32,000 nucleotides of DNA from NCBI RefSeq assembly GCF_000195955.2, contig NC_000962.3:1-32000 (forward strand), read 5' to 3'. Of the stretch, positions 1 to 13,558 are shown one piece after another. Under the pieces are notes generated by a model that was not told where the DNA came from, searched no databases, and was given only the letters and a program-made list of their open reading frames with translations. How positions within the stretch are numbered: the stretch's first letter is position 1; each line of letters begins with the position of its first letter. This stretch comes from Mycobacterium tuberculosis H37Rv (GTDB taxonomy: Bacteria > Actinomycetota > Actinomycetes > Mycobacteriales > Mycobacteriaceae). The position numbers were made by a program, and so were the translations under genes.

Positions 1-1524
1 TTGACCGATGACCCCGGTTCAGGCTTCACCACAGTGTGGAACGCGGTCGTCTCCGAACTTAACGGCGACCCTAAGGTTGACGACGGACCCAGCAGTGATG
101 CTAATCTCAGCGCTCCGCTGACCCCTCAGCAAAGGGCTTGGCTCAATCTCGTCCAGCCATTGACCATCGTCGAGGGGTTTGCTCTGTTATCCGTGCCGAG
201 CAGCTTTGTCCAAAACGAAATCGAGCGCCATCTGCGGGCCCCGATTACCGACGCTCTCAGCCGCCGACTCGGACATCAGATCCAACTCGGGGTCCGCATC
301 GCTCCGCCGGCGACCGACGAAGCCGACGACACTACCGTGCCGCCTTCCGAAAATCCTGCTACCACATCGCCAGACACCACAACCGACAACGACGAGATTG
401 ATGACAGCGCTGCGGCACGGGGCGATAACCAGCACAGTTGGCCAAGTTACTTCACCGAGCGCCCGCACAATACCGATTCCGCTACCGCTGGCGTAACCAG
501 CCTTAACCGTCGCTACACCTTTGATACGTTCGTTATCGGCGCCTCCAACCGGTTCGCGCACGCCGCCGCCTTGGCGATCGCAGAAGCACCCGCCCGCGCT
601 TACAACCCCCTGTTCATCTGGGGCGAGTCCGGTCTCGGCAAGACACACCTGCTACACGCGGCAGGCAACTATGCCCAACGGTTGTTCCCGGGAATGCGGG
701 TCAAATATGTCTCCACCGAGGAATTCACCAACGACTTCATTAACTCGCTCCGCGATGACCGCAAGGTCGCATTCAAACGCAGCTACCGCGACGTAGACGT
801 GCTGTTGGTCGACGACATCCAATTCATTGAAGGCAAAGAGGGTATTCAAGAGGAGTTCTTCCACACCTTCAACACCTTGCACAATGCCAACAAGCAAATC
901 GTCATCTCATCTGACCGCCCACCCAAGCAGCTCGCCACCCTCGAGGACCGGCTGAGAACCCGCTTTGAGTGGGGGCTGATCACTGACGTACAACCACCCG
1001 AGCTGGAGACCCGCATCGCCATCTTGCGCAAGAAAGCACAGATGGAACGGCTCGCGGTCCCCGACGATGTCCTCGAACTCATCGCCAGCAGTATCGAACG
1101 CAATATCCGTGAACTCGAGGGCGCGCTGATCCGGGTCACCGCGTTCGCCTCATTGAACAAAACACCAATCGACAAAGCGCTGGCCGAGATTGTGCTTCGC
1201 GATCTGATCGCCGACGCCAACACCATGCAAATCAGCGCGGCGACGATCATGGCTGCCACCGCCGAATACTTCGACACTACCGTCGAAGAGCTTCGCGGGC
1301 CCGGCAAGACCCGAGCACTGGCCCAGTCACGACAGATTGCGATGTACCTGTGTCGTGAGCTCACCGATCTTTCGTTGCCCAAAATCGGCCAAGCGTTCGG
1401 CCGTGATCACACAACCGTCATGTACGCCCAACGCAAGATCCTGTCCGAGATGGCCGAGCGCCGTGAGGTCTTTGATCACGTCAAAGAACTCACCACTCGC
1501 ATCCGTCAGCGCTCCAAGCGCTAG
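1..1524 (+). CDS. dnaA: Chromosomal replication initiator protein DnaA (TTG start)
   Basis: 507 aa ORF with Walker [14 protein letters not shown], Walker [13 protein letters not shown], and C-terminal DNA-binding signature [15 protein letters not shown]; followed by oriC-like spacer and dnaN. Confidence 0.99.
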   Translation: MTDDPGSGFTTVWNAVVSELNGDPKVDDGPSSDANLSAPLTPQQRAWLNLVQPLTIVEGFALLSVPSSFVQNEIERHLRAPITDALSRRLGHQIQLGVRIAPPATDEADDTTVPPSENPATTSPDTTTDNDEIDDSAAARGDNQHSWPSYFTERPHNTDSATAGVTSLNRRYTFDTFVIGASNRFAHAAALAIAEAPARAYNPLFIWGESGLGKTHLLHAAGNYAQRLFPGMRVKYVSTEEFTNDFINSLRDDRKVAFKRSYRDVDVLLVDDIQFIEGKEGIQEEFFHTFNTLHNANKQIVISSDRPPKQLATLEDRLRTRFEWGLITDVQPPELETRIAILRKKAQMERLAVPDDVLELIASSIERNIRELEGALIRVTAFASLNKTPIDKALAEIVLRDLIADANTMQISAATIMAATAEYFDTTVEELRGPGKTRALAQSRQIAMYLCRELTDLSLPKIGQAFGRDHTTVMYAQRKILSEMAERREVFDHVKELTTRIRQRSKR

Positions 1525-2051
1525 CACGGCGTGTTCTTCCGACAACGTTCTTAAAAAAACTTCTCTCTCCCAGGTCACACCAGTCACAGAGATTGGCTGT
1601 GAGTGTCGCTGTGCACAAACCGCGCACAGACTCATACAGTCCCGGCGGTTCCGTTCACAACCCACGCCTCATCCCCACCGACCCAACACACACCCCACAG
1701 TCATCGCCACCGTCATCCACAACTCCGACCGACGTCGACCTGCACCAAGACCAGACTGTCCCCAAACTGCACACCCTCTAATACTGTTACCGAGATTTCT
1801 TCGTCGTTTGTTCTTGGAAAGACAGCGCTGGGGATCGTTCGCTGGATACCACCCGCATAACTGGCTCGTCGCGGTGGGTCAGAGGTCAATGATGAACTTT
1901 CAAGTTGACGTGAGAAGCTCTACGGTTGTTGTTCGACTGCTGTTGCGGCCGTCGTGGCGGGTCACGCGTCATGGGCATTCGTCGTTGGCAGTCCCCACGC
2001 TAGCGGGGCGCTAGCCACGGGATCGAACTCATCGTGAGGTGAAAGGGCGCA
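1525..2051. promoter_or_regulatory. oriC region (dnaA-dnaN intergenic) with divergent DnaA boxes
   Basis: About 527 bp non-coding spacer in the canonical actinobacterial oriC position; A-rich run gttcttaaaaaaactt near 1547; DnaA-box-like tgtgcacaa (1610-1618), tcatccaca (1713-1721), ctgtcccca (about 1756). Confidence 0.93.
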
Positions 2052-3260
2052 ATGGACGCGGCTACGACAAGAGTTGGCCTCACCGACTTGACGTTTCGTT
2101 TGCTACGAGAGTCTTTCGCCGATGCGGTGTCGTGGGTGGCTAAAAATCTGCCAGCCAGGCCCGCGGTGCCGGTGCTCTCCGGCGTGTTGTTGACCGGCTC
2201 GGACAACGGTCTGACGATTTCCGGATTCGACTACGAGGTTTCCGCCGAGGCCCAGGTTGGCGCTGAAATTGTTTCTCCTGGAAGCGTTTTAGTTTCTGGC
2301 CGATTGTTGTCCGATATTACCCGGGCGTTGCCTAACAAGCCCGTAGACGTTCATGTCGAAGGTAACCGGGTCGCATTGACCTGCGGTAACGCCAGGTTTT
2401 CGCTACCGACGATGCCAGTCGAGGATTATCCGACGCTGCCGACGCTGCCGGAAGAGACCGGATTGTTGCCTGCGGAATTATTCGCCGAGGCAATCAGTCA
2501 GGTCGCTATCGCCGCCGGCCGGGACGACACGTTGCCTATGTTGACCGGCATCCGGGTCGAAATCCTCGGTGAGACGGTGGTTTTGGCCGCTACCGACAGG
2601 TTTCGCCTGGCTGTTCGAGAACTGAAGTGGTCGGCGTCGTCGCCAGATATCGAAGCGGCTGTGCTGGTCCCGGCCAAGACGCTGGCCGAGGCCGCCAAAG
2701 CGGGCATCGGCGGCTCTGACGTTCGTTTGTCGTTGGGTACTGGGCCGGGGGTGGGCAAGGATGGCCTGCTCGGTATCAGTGGGAACGGCAAGCGCAGCAC
2801 CACGCGACTTCTTGATGCCGAGTTCCCGAAGTTTCGGCAGTTGCTACCAACCGAACACACCGCGGTGGCCACCATGGACGTGGCCGAGTTGATCGAAGCG
2901 ATCAAGCTGGTTGCGTTGGTAGCTGATCGGGGCGCGCAGGTGCGCATGGAGTTCGCTGATGGCAGCGTGCGGCTTTCTGCGGGTGCCGATGATGTTGGAC
3001 GAGCCGAGGAAGATCTTGTTGTTGACTATGCCGGTGAACCATTGACGATTGCGTTTAACCCAACCTATCTAACGGACGGTTTGAGTTCGTTGCGCTCGGA
3101 GCGAGTGTCTTTCGGGTTTACGACTGCGGGTAAGCCTGCCTTGCTACGTCCGGTGTCCGGGGACGATCGCCCTGTGGCGGGTCTGAATGGCAACGGTCCG
3201 TTCCCGGCGGTGTCGACGGACTATGTCTATCTGTTGATGCCGGTTCGGTTGCCGGGCTGA
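2052..3260 (+). CDS. dnaN: DNA polymerase III beta sliding clamp
   Basis: 402 aa ORF ([47 protein letters not shown]...) ending [10 protein letters not shown]; located between dnaA and recF. Confidence 0.99.
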
Positions 3261-3279
3261 GCACTTGGCGCCCGGGTAG

Positions 3280-4437
3280 GTGTACGTCCGTCATTTGGGG
3301 CTGCGTGACTTCCGGTCCTGGGCATGTGTAGATCTGGAATTGCATCCAGGGCGGACGGTTTTTGTTGGGCCTAACGGTTATGGTAAGACGAATCTTATTG
3401 AGGCACTGTGGTATTCGACGACGTTAGGTTCGCACCGCGTTAGCGCCGATTTGCCGTTGATCCGGGTAGGTACCGATCGTGCGGTGATCTCCACGATCGT
3501 GGTGAACGACGGTAGAGAATGTGCCGTCGACCTCGAGATCGCCACGGGGCGAGTCAACAAAGCGCGATTGAATCGATCATCGGTCCGAAGTACACGTGAT
3601 GTGGTCGGAGTGCTTCGAGCTGTGTTGTTTGCCCCTGAGGATCTGGGGTTGGTTCGTGGGGATCCCGCTGACCGGCGGCGCTATCTGGATGATCTGGCGA
3701 TCGTGCGTAGGCCTGCGATCGCTGCGGTACGAGCCGAATATGAGAGGGTGTTGCGCCAGCGGACGGCGTTATTGAAGTCCGTACCTGGAGCACGGTATCG
3801 GGGTGACCGGGGTGTGTTTGACACTCTTGAGGTATGGGACAGTCGTTTGGCGGAGCACGGGGCTGAACTGGTGGCCGCCCGCATCGATTTGGTCAACCAG
3901 TTGGCACCGGAAGTGAAGAAGGCATACCAGCTGTTGGCGCCGGAATCGCGATCGGCGTCTATCGGTTATCGGGCCAGCATGGATGTAACCGGTCCCAGCG
4001 AGCAGTCAGATATCGATCGGCAATTGTTAGCAGCTCGGCTGTTGGCGGCGCTGGCGGCCCGTCGGGATGCCGAACTCGAGCGTGGGGTTTGTCTAGTTGG
4101 TCCGCACCGTGACGACCTAATACTGCGACTAGGCGATCAACCCGCGAAAGGATTTGCTAGCCATGGGGAGGCGTGGTCGTTGGCGGTGGCACTGCGGTTG
4201 GCGGCCTATCAACTGTTACGCGTTGATGGTGGTGAGCCGGTGTTGTTGCTCGACGACGTGTTCGCCGAACTGGATGTCATGCGCCGTCGAGCGTTGGCGA
4301 CGGCGGCCGAGTCCGCCGAACAGGTGTTGGTGACTGCCGCGGTGCTCGAGGATATTCCCGCCGGCTGGGACGCCAGGCGGGTGCACATCGATGTGCGTGC
4401 CGATGACACCGGATCGATGTCGGTGGTTCTGCCATGA
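3280..4437 (+). CDS. recF: DNA replication and repair protein RecF
   Basis: 385 aa ORF beginning [21 protein letters not shown]; Walker [15 protein letters not shown]; late motif [13 protein letters not shown]. Confidence 0.98.
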
Positions 4438-4997
4438 CGGGTTCTGTTGACCGGCCCGACCAGAATCGCGGTGAGCGATCAATGAAGTCACCAGGGTTGG
4501 ATTTGGTCAGGCGCACCCTGGACGAAGCTCGTGCTGCTGCCCGCGCGCGCGGACAAGACGCCGGTCGAGGGCGGGTCGCTTCCGTTGCGTCGGGTCGGGT
4601 GGCCGGACGGCGACGAAGCTGGTCGGGTCCGGGGCCCGACATTCGTGATCCACAACCGCTGGGTAAGGCCGCTCGTGAGCTGGCAAAGAAACGCGGCTGG
4701 TCGGTGCGGGTCGCCGAGGGTATGGTGCTCGGCCAGTGGTCTGCGGTGGTCGGCCACCAGATCGCCGAACATGCACGCCCGACTGCGCTAAACGACGGGG
4801 TGTTGAGCGTGATTGCGGAGTCGACGGCGTGGGCGACGCAGTTGAGGATCATGCAGGCCCAGCTTCTGGCCAAGATCGCCGCAGCGGTTGGCAACGATGT
4901 GGTGCGATCGCTAAAGATCACCGGGCCGGCGGCACCATCGTGGCGCAAGGGGCCTCGCCATATTGCCGGTAGGGGTCCGCGCGACACCTACGGATAA
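4434..4997 (+). CDS. Conserved DUF721-family protein
   Basis: 187 aa ORF overlapping recF by 4 nt; contains [44 protein letters not shown], typical of the DUF721 protein between recF and gyrB. Confidence 0.93.
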
Positions 4998-5122
4998 CAC
5001 GTCGATCGGCCCAGAACAAGGCGCTCCGGTCCCGGCCTGAGAGCCTCGAGGACGAAGCGGATCCGTATGCCGGACGTCGGGACGCACCAGGAAGAAAGAT
5101 GTCCGACGCACGGCGCGGTTAG

Positions 5123-7267
<2,145 letters not shown>

Positions 7268-7301
7268 CGCAACCCTGCGTTCGATTGCAAACGAGGAATA
7301 G

Positions 7302-9818
7302 ATGACAGACACGACGTTGCCGCCTGACGACTCGCTCGACCGGATCGAACCGGTTGACATCGAGCAGGAGATGCAGCGCAGCTACATCGACTATGCGATG
7401 AGCGTGATCGTCGGCCGCGCGCTGCCGGAGGTGCGCGACGGGCTCAAGCCCGTGCATCGCCGGGTGCTCTATGCAATGTTCGATTCCGGCTTCCGCCCGG
7501 ACCGCAGCCACGCCAAGTCGGCCCGGTCGGTTGCCGAGACCATGGGCAACTACCACCCGCACGGCGACGCGTCGATCTACGACAGCCTGGTGCGCATGGC
7601 CCAGCCCTGGTCGCTGCGCTACCCGCTGGTGGACGGCCAGGGCAACTTCGGCTCGCCAGGCAATGACCCACCGGCGGCGATGAGGTACACCGAAGCCCGG
7701 CTGACCCCGTTGGCGATGGAGATGCTGAGGGAAATCGACGAGGAGACAGTCGATTTCATCCCTAACTACGACGGCCGGGTGCAAGAGCCGACGGTGCTAC
7801 CCAGCCGGTTCCCCAACCTGCTGGCCAACGGGTCAGGCGGCATCGCGGTCGGCATGGCAACCAATATCCCGCCGCACAACCTGCGTGAGCTGGCCGACGC
7901 GGTGTTCTGGGCGCTGGAGAATCACGACGCCGACGAAGAGGAGACCCTGGCCGCGGTCATGGGGCGGGTTAAAGGCCCGGACTTCCCGACCGCCGGACTG
8001 ATCGTCGGATCCCAGGGCACCGCTGATGCCTACAAAACTGGCCGCGGCTCCATTCGAATGCGCGGAGTTGTTGAGGTAGAAGAGGATTCCCGCGGTCGTA
8101 CCTCGCTGGTGATCACCGAGTTGCCGTATCAGGTCAACCACGACAACTTCATCACTTCGATCGCCGAACAGGTCCGAGACGGCAAGCTGGCCGGCATTTC
8201 CAACATTGAGGACCAGTCTAGCGATCGGGTCGGTTTACGCATCGTCATCGAGATCAAGCGCGATGCGGTGGCCAAGGTGGTGATCAATAACCTTTACAAG
8301 CACACCCAGCTGCAGACCAGCTTTGGCGCCAACATGCTAGCGATCGTCGACGGGGTGCCGCGCACGCTGCGGCTGGACCAGCTGATCCGCTATTACGTTG
8401 ACCACCAACTCGACGTCATTGTGCGGCGCACCACCTACCGGCTGCGCAAGGCAAACGAGCGAGCCCACATTCTGCGCGGCCTGGTTAAAGCGCTCGACGC
8501 GCTGGACGAGGTCATTGCACTGATCCGGGCGTCGGAGACCGTCGATATCGCCCGGGCCGGACTGATCGAGCTGCTCGACATCGACGAGATCCAGGCCCAG
8601 GCAATCCTGGACATGCAGTTGCGGCGCCTGGCCGCACTGGAACGCCAGCGCATCATCGACGACCTGGCCAAAATCGAGGCCGAGATCGCCGATCTGGAAG
8701 ACATCCTGGCAAAACCCGAGCGGCAGCGTGGGATCGTGCGCGACGAACTCGCCGAAATCGTGGACAGGCACGGCGACGACCGGCGTACCCGGATCATCGC
8801 GGCCGACGGAGACGTCAGCGACGAGGATTTGATCGCCCGCGAGGACGTCGTTGTCACTATCACCGAAACGGGATACGCCAAGCGCACCAAGACCGATCTG
8901 TATCGCAGCCAGAAACGCGGCGGCAAGGGCGTGCAGGGTGCGGGGTTGAAGCAGGACGACATCGTCGCGCACTTCTTCGTGTGCTCCACCCACGATTTGA
9001 TCCTGTTCTTCACCACCCAGGGACGGGTTTATCGGGCCAAGGCCTACGACTTGCCCGAGGCCTCCCGGACGGCGCGCGGGCAGCACGTGGCCAACCTGTT
9101 AGCCTTCCAGCCCGAGGAACGCATCGCCCAGGTCATCCAGATTCGCGGCTACACCGACGCCCCGTACCTGGTGCTGGCCACTCGCAACGGGCTGGTGAAA
9201 AAGTCCAAGCTGACCGACTTCGACTCCAATCGCTCGGGCGGAATCGTGGCGGTCAACCTGCGCGACAACGACGAGCTGGTCGGTGCGGTGCTGTGTTCGG
9301 CCGGCGACGACCTGCTGCTGGTCTCGGCCAACGGGCAGTCCATCAGGTTCTCGGCGACCGACGAGGCGCTGCGGCCAATGGGTCGTGCCACCTCGGGTGT
9401 GCAGGGCATGCGGTTCAATATCGACGACCGGCTGCTGTCGCTGAACGTCGTGCGTGAAGGCACCTATCTGCTGGTGGCGACGTCAGGGGGCTATGCGAAA
9501 CGTACCGCGATCGAGGAATACCCGGTACAGGGCCGCGGCGGTAAAGGTGTGCTGACGGTCATGTACGACCGCCGGCGCGGCAGGTTGGTTGGGGCGTTGA
9601 TTGTCGACGACGACAGCGAGCTGTATGCCGTCACTTCCGGCGGTGGCGTGATCCGCACCGCGGCACGCCAGGTTCGCAAGGCGGGACGGCAGACCAAGGG
9701 TGTTCGGTTGATGAATCTGGGCGAGGGCGACACACTGTTGGCCATCGCGCGCAACGCCGAAGAAAGTGGCGACGATAATGCCGTGGACGCCAACGGCGCA
9801 GACCAGACGGGCAATTAA
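7302..9818 (+). CDS. gyrA: DNA gyrase subunit A
   Basis: 838 aa ORF with catalytic region [11 protein letters not shown]-like [29 protein letters not shown], and C-terminal beta-pinwheel; immediately downstream of gyrB. Confidence 0.99.
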   Translation: MTDTTLPPDDSLDRIEPVDIEQEMQRSYIDYAMSVIVGRALPEVRDGLKPVHRRVLYAMFDSGFRPDRSHAKSARSVAETMGNYHPHGDASIYDSLVRMAQPWSLRYPLVDGQGNFGSPGNDPPAAMRYTEARLTPLAMEMLREIDEETVDFIPNYDGRVQEPTVLPSRFPNLLANGSGGIAVGMATNIPPHNLRELADAVFWALENHDADEEETLAAVMGRVKGPDFPTAGLIVGSQGTADAYKTGRGSIRMRGVVEVEEDSRGRTSLVITELPYQVNHDNFITSIAEQVRDGKLAGISNIEDQSSDRVGLRIVIEIKRDAVAKVVINNLYKHTQLQTSFGANMLAIVDGVPRTLRLDQLIRYYVDHQLDVIVRRTTYRLRKANERAHILRGLVKALDALDEVIALIRASETVDIARAGLIELLDIDEIQAQAILDMQLRRLAALERQRIIDDLAKIEAEIADLEDILAKPERQRGIVRDELAEIVDRHGDDRRTRIIAADGDVSDEDLIAREDVVVTITETGYAKRTKTDLYRSQKRGGKGVQGAGLKQDDIVAHFFVCSTHDLILFFTTQGRVYRAKAYDLPEASRTARGQHVANLLAFQPEERIAQVIQIRGYTDAPYLVLATRNGLVKKSKLTDFDSNRSGGIVAVNLRDNDELVGAVLCSAGDDLLLVSANGQSIRFSATDEALRPMGRATSGVQGMRFNIDDRLLSLNVVREGTYLLVATSGGYAKRTAIEEYPVQGRGGKGVLTVMYDRRRGRLVGALIVDDDSELYAVTSGGGVIRTAARQVRKAGRQTKGVRLMNLGEGDTLLAIARNAEESGDDNAVDANGADQTGN

Positions 9819-9913
9819 TCAGGCTCGCCCGACGACGATGCGGATCGCGTAGCGATCTGAGGAGGAATCGGGCAGCTAGGCTCGGCAGCCGGGTACGAGT
9901 GTTAGGAGTCGGG

Positions 9914-10828
9914 GTGACTGCACCGAACGAGCCGGGGGCGCTCAGCAAGGGCGACGGCCCGAATGCGGATGGCTTGGTCGACCGTGGGGGCGCACATCGG
10001 GCAGCGACCGGGCCAGGCCGCATACCAGATGCTGGAGACCCGCCGCCGTGGCAGCGTGCTGCGACTCGGCAATCCCAAGCGGGGCATCGTCAGCCGCCGC
10101 CGGTATCACACCCTGAGGGGCGCCCGACCAACCCGCCCGCCGCCGCCGATGCTCGGCTGAATCGCTTCATCTCCGGTGCGTCTGCCCCGGTGACCGGCCC
10201 AGCCGCCGCGGTCAGGACCCCGCAGCCGGATCCCGACGCTTCGCTGGGGTGTGGCGACGGTTCCCCCGCCGAGGCCTATGCCAGCGAGCTGCCCGACCTA
10301 TCCGGCCCGACTCCGCGGGCCCCGCAACGCAACCCCGCGCCGGCGCGTCCCGCGGAGGGTGGCGCGGGATCGAGAGGGGATTCGGCCGCCGGTTCGAGCG
10401 GCGGTCGTTCGATTACCGCTGAGAGTAGAGACGCCCGTGTCCAGCTGTCGGCGCGGCGAAGCCGCGGGCCGGTTCGAGCCAGCATGCAGATCCGACGGAT
10501 TGATCCATGGAGCACGTTGAAGGTGTCGCTGTTGTTGTCGGTGGCGCTGTTCTTCGTCTGGATGATCACGGTCGCGTTCCTCTACCTGGTGCTCGGCGGT
10601 ATGGGCGTATGGGCCAAGCTCAACAGCAACGTCGGTGACCTGTTGAACAACGCGAGCGGCAGCAGCGCGGAACTTGTCTCCAGCGGCACCATCTTCGGCG
10701 GCGCATTCCTGATCGGCTTGGTCAACATCGTCCTGATGACCGCGCTTGCCACCATCGGTGCGTTCGTCTACAACCTGATCACCGATCTGATCGGCGGCAT
10801 CGAAGTGACGCTGGCAGACCGGGACTAA
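9914..10828 (+). CDS. Membrane protein with C-terminal DUF3566-like domain (GTG start)
   Basis: Pro/Ala-rich cytoplasmic N-terminus; C-terminal [38 protein letters not shown]... and [38 protein letters not shown] with two TM helices; position downstream of gyrA. Confidence 0.9.
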
Positions 10829-10886
10829 TGTTTTGAGAGTCGGGCGCCGGTTGCGGTAATCTCGTCGCTCGGCCGTACGCGAGTAC

Positions 10887-10960
10887 GGGCCTATAGCTCA
10901 GGCGGTTAGAGCGCTTCGCTGATAACGAAGAGGTCGGAGGTTCGAGTCCTCCTAGGCCCA
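10887..10960 (+). tRNA. ileT: tRNA-Ile (GAT anticodon)
   Basis: gggcctatagctcaggcggttagagcgcttcgctgataacgaagaggtcggaggttcgagtcctcctaggccca; GGGCCTA acceptor pairs with TAGGCCC; GAT anticodon; TTCGAGTC T-loop. Confidence 0.98.
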
Positions 10961-11111
10961 CGACCATGTGCCCGTCACGACGTTCGGTGAGGTTCGCATT
11001 GCCACTGGCCGCGATCGCTGTGGCGGCCATCGTCGTGCGGTTCCGACGCGGAGCCGATGTCTGGCATGTGGCCGGCGATCCACCTCCTGATCACATAACC
11101 GGTGACGAAGA

Positions 11112-11184
11112 GGGGCCTTAGCTCAGTTGGTAGAGCACTGCCTTTGCAAGGCAGGGGTCAGGGGTTCGAGTCCCCTAGGCTCCA
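11112..11184 (+). tRNA. alaT: tRNA-Ala (TGC anticodon)
   Basis: ggggccttagctcagttggtagagcactgcctttgcaaggcaggggtcaggggttcgagtcccctaggctcca; cloverleaf-compatible with TGC anticodon. Confidence 0.98.
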
Positions 11185-11244
11185 CAAGTGAAAAGCGTAG
11201 CTCGGATACTTCGAATGACCACGTTTGATCACAATCGCGAGTGA

Positions 11245-11400
11245 AGAGGGCGTTGATGGCCACTCCGACGGCCTCGACACCCGACCCGTACAGGTGGCGG
11301 TAGCGGTCCAAGGTCAACCCGGCGGAGTCGTGTTCGAGCATGTTCTGAAGTGCCTTGAATTCGCCCCGGCCTGGATCGCCAACGACGCCGGGTGTGCCGA
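11245..11400 (-). pseudogene. C-terminal remnant of a phage-type tyrosine recombinase/integrase
   Basis: Minus strand reads ...GEFKALQNMLEHDSAGLTLDRYRHLYGSGVEAVGVAINAL, resembling the integrase C-terminal pattern (VKALQRMLGHxSAAMTLDRYGHLF) including the catalytic-Tyr segment. No N-terminal or core catalytic region found. Confidence 0.72.
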
Positions 11401-11817
11401 GCTCATGCAGTTTTGAACTCCTACACCACCGCCGGCTTCCCGGTAGCGTCCATCACAGTCTGAGGGAACAGCTGCGCCGCGGTCACCGCCTGCGACCACC
11501 ACCGGCGCCGCACATGGCTGCCGCGCATGTAGCCGCCCGCCGAGTCCGGGAACGCTAGAAGCTCAGCAACCCATCGAACGCGGTCGGCCGGTTGTCGGCG
11601 TCCACGAGCACGCACCCTAGAGCGAAAGTCATGGATCCGCCGTTGGCGGGGTCTCCGGTATTGCCGGACTCGTCTATGTAAGCGACCAGCACGCGACGAT
11701 GCTGGCACGATTCTTGGGCGATTGACCACAGTTACAGATAACTACTGTTAACCGCAGTTGTGTCCTTTCGCAGGTGGACTGAGTTGTAACCCATTGATCT
11801 GCATCATGATTCGCCTG

Positions 11818-11858
11818 TGCAAGGCGGGGGTCAGGGGTTCGAATCCCTAGGCCCCACC
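11818..11858 (+). repeat. Partial direct repeat of the alaT 3' half (candidate decayed att site)
   Basis: tgcaaggcgggggtcaggggttcgaatccctaggccccac closely matches alaT 11145-11185 tgcaaggcaggggtcaggggttcgagtcccctaggctccac, with a few substitutions and a 1-nt gap; no complete tRNA around it. Confidence 0.8.
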
Positions 11859-11873
11859 GTGTGACGACCGGCC

Positions 11874-12311
11874 TCAGGAGCGCGGTTGCACCTCGACGCT
11901 CGGTGGTCGGGGCGACGGCTCCGGTCGCGACGAGCGCCGGACGATGCTGAAGGCGACGGCACCGCCGGCGAGGATGGCCGCCGCGATCCCCGCGAAGATC
12001 CAGAGGTGGTGTTTGCTGCGACGTTGGGTCCGGGCGTCCTGTAGGGCCTGCGGTAGGTTGGCCACCACGTCCTGGGCAGCGGTCAGCTCTTGAGCGAGCG
12101 TCTCTTGGGCGGCAGCGACCTCGCGGGCCAATCGGCCTTCCCGGTAACGGCGGCGAAGCCCGGCCGCGGTCGACCGGGCGGACTGAAGCCCAAGTCCGAC
12201 CCCGAGTTCGAGGAGGCCTCGGGTCACGTCCACCGGACCCACCGCAGAGTAGGCCAGACCCCGGGTCAGCCGCTCGCGTGGGGTCAACCGGGTTTCCACC
12301 TGCTCACTCAT
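11874..12311 (-). CDS. cwsA: Cell wall synthesis / division-associated membrane protein CwsA
   Basis: 145 aa [44 protein letters not shown]... with one C-terminal TM ([23 protein letters not shown]); position upstream of ppiA matches Rv0008c. Confidence 0.9.
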   Translation of the reverse strand: MSEQVETRLTPRERLTRGLAYSAVGPVDVTRGLLELGVGLGLQSARSTAAGLRRRYREGRLAREVAAAQETLAQELTAAQDVVANLPQALQDARTQRRSKHHLWIFAGIAAAILAGGAVAFSIVRRSSRPEPSPRPPSVEVQPRS

Positions 12312-12467
12312 TTTGCCGCCTTTCTGTGTCCGGGCCGAGGCTTGCGCTCAATAACTCGGTCAAGTTCCTTCACAGACTGCCATCACTGGCCCGTCGGCGG
12401 GCTCGTTGCGGGTGCGCCGCGTGCGGGTTTGTGTTCCGGGCACCGGGTGGGGGCCCGCCCGGGCGTA

Positions 12468-13016
12468 ATGGCAGACTGTGATTCCGTGACTAACAGCCCC
12501 CTTGCGACCGCTACCGCCACGCTGCACACTAACCGCGGCGACATCAAGATCGCCCTGTTCGGAAACCATGCGCCCAAGACCGTCGCCAATTTTGTGGGCC
12601 TTGCGCAGGGCACCAAGGACTATTCGACCCAAAACGCATCAGGTGGCCCGTCCGGCCCGTTCTACGACGGCGCGGTCTTTCACCGGGTGATCCAGGGCTT
12701 CATGATCCAGGGTGGCGATCCAACCGGGACGGGTCGCGGCGGACCCGGCTACAAGTTCGCCGACGAGTTCCACCCCGAGCTGCAATTCGACAAGCCCTAT
12801 CTGCTCGCGATGGCCAACGCCGGTCCGGGCACCAACGGCTCACAGTTTTTCATCACCGTCGGCAAGACTCCGCACCTGAACCGGCGCCACACCATTTTCG
12901 GTGAAGTGATCGACGCGGAGTCACAGCGGGTTGTGGAGGCGATCTCCAAGACGGCCACCGACGGCAACGATCGGCCGACGGACCCGGTGGTGATCGAGTC
13001 GATCACCATCTCCTGA
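12468..13016 (+). CDS. ppiA: Cyclophilin-type peptidyl-prolyl cis-trans isomerase A
   Basis: 182 aa from ATG at 12468: [76 protein letters not shown]. Confidence 0.97.
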   Translation: MADCDSVTNSPLATATATLHTNRGDIKIALFGNHAPKTVANFVGLAQGTKDYSTQNASGGPSGPFYDGAVFHRVIQGFMIQGGDPTGTGRGGPGYKFADEFHPELQFDKPYLLAMANAGPGTNGSQFFITVGKTPHLNRRHTIFGEVIDAESQRVVEAISKTATDGNDRPTDPVVIESITIS

Positions 13017-13132
13017 CCCGAAGCTACGTCGGCTCGTCGCTCGAATACACCTTGTGGACCCGCCAGGGCACGTGGCGGTACACCGACACGCCGTTGGGGC
13101 CGTTCAACCGGACGCCCTCACGCCAAGTCCGC

Positions 13133-13558
13133 TCACCTTTGGCCGCGACCGGCGTAACCGGCAGCGGTAAGCGCATCGAGCACCTCCACTGGGTCGGTGC
13201 CGAGATCCCAGCGGGACAAAATCAGCAGCCCCCCGCTGACCGTTTCGATCTCGAGCAGGCGCACCAGGCGGCCGTAACGGCGAAACTCGTCGATTCGGAT
13301 GATCTTGATATTGGAATGTCGTAATAGCTGCGTCCGGAACCAACCTCGGATCGCCAGGCCGTCGGGGGTAATTGCCAGCCTTGGACGTGCGCGCCAAGTG
13401 GCGCTCGCAAACAAGATCAGACCCAGCGCGGCAACTCCGGTCAACACCCGCCCGGGCGTATCTGTGACTAAGGTCACAGACGCAATAGCCATCACGACTC
13501 CCCCGGCTCCGCAACCAGCGATTCCCGAGGTGCGAGGCGCCCATGCTGTTTGCTGCAT
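13133..13558 (-). CDS. Membrane protein with PH-like (bPH) domain
   Basis: 141 aa from the internal Met: MQQTAWAPRTSGIAGCGAGGVVMAIASVTLVTDTPGRVLTGVAALGLILFASATWRARPRLAITPDGLAIRG; two TM helices then a PH-like fold. Confidence 0.85.
   Translation of the reverse strand: MQQTAWAPRTSGIAGCGAGGVVMAIASVTLVTDTPGRVLTGVAALGLILFASATWRARPRLAITPDGLAIRGWFRTQLLRHSNIKIIRIDEFRRYGRLVRLLEIETVSGGLLILSRWDLGTDPVEVLDALTAAGYAGRGQR

Noticed and set aside
10779-11030. Minus-strand ORF MAATAIAAS...VVGLGGLEPPTSSLSAKRSNRLSYRP
   Set aside because: GLEPPTSSLSxKRSNxLSYRP is the well-known translation of the antisense strand of a tRNA gene (ileT here), a recurring spurious annotation.
11123-11230. Tail LVEPRGLEPLTPALQRQCSTN of the 11123-11341 minus ORF as protein sequence
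   Set aside because: It is antisense alaT sequence read through from the integrase remnant; only the upstream integrase-like part was retained.
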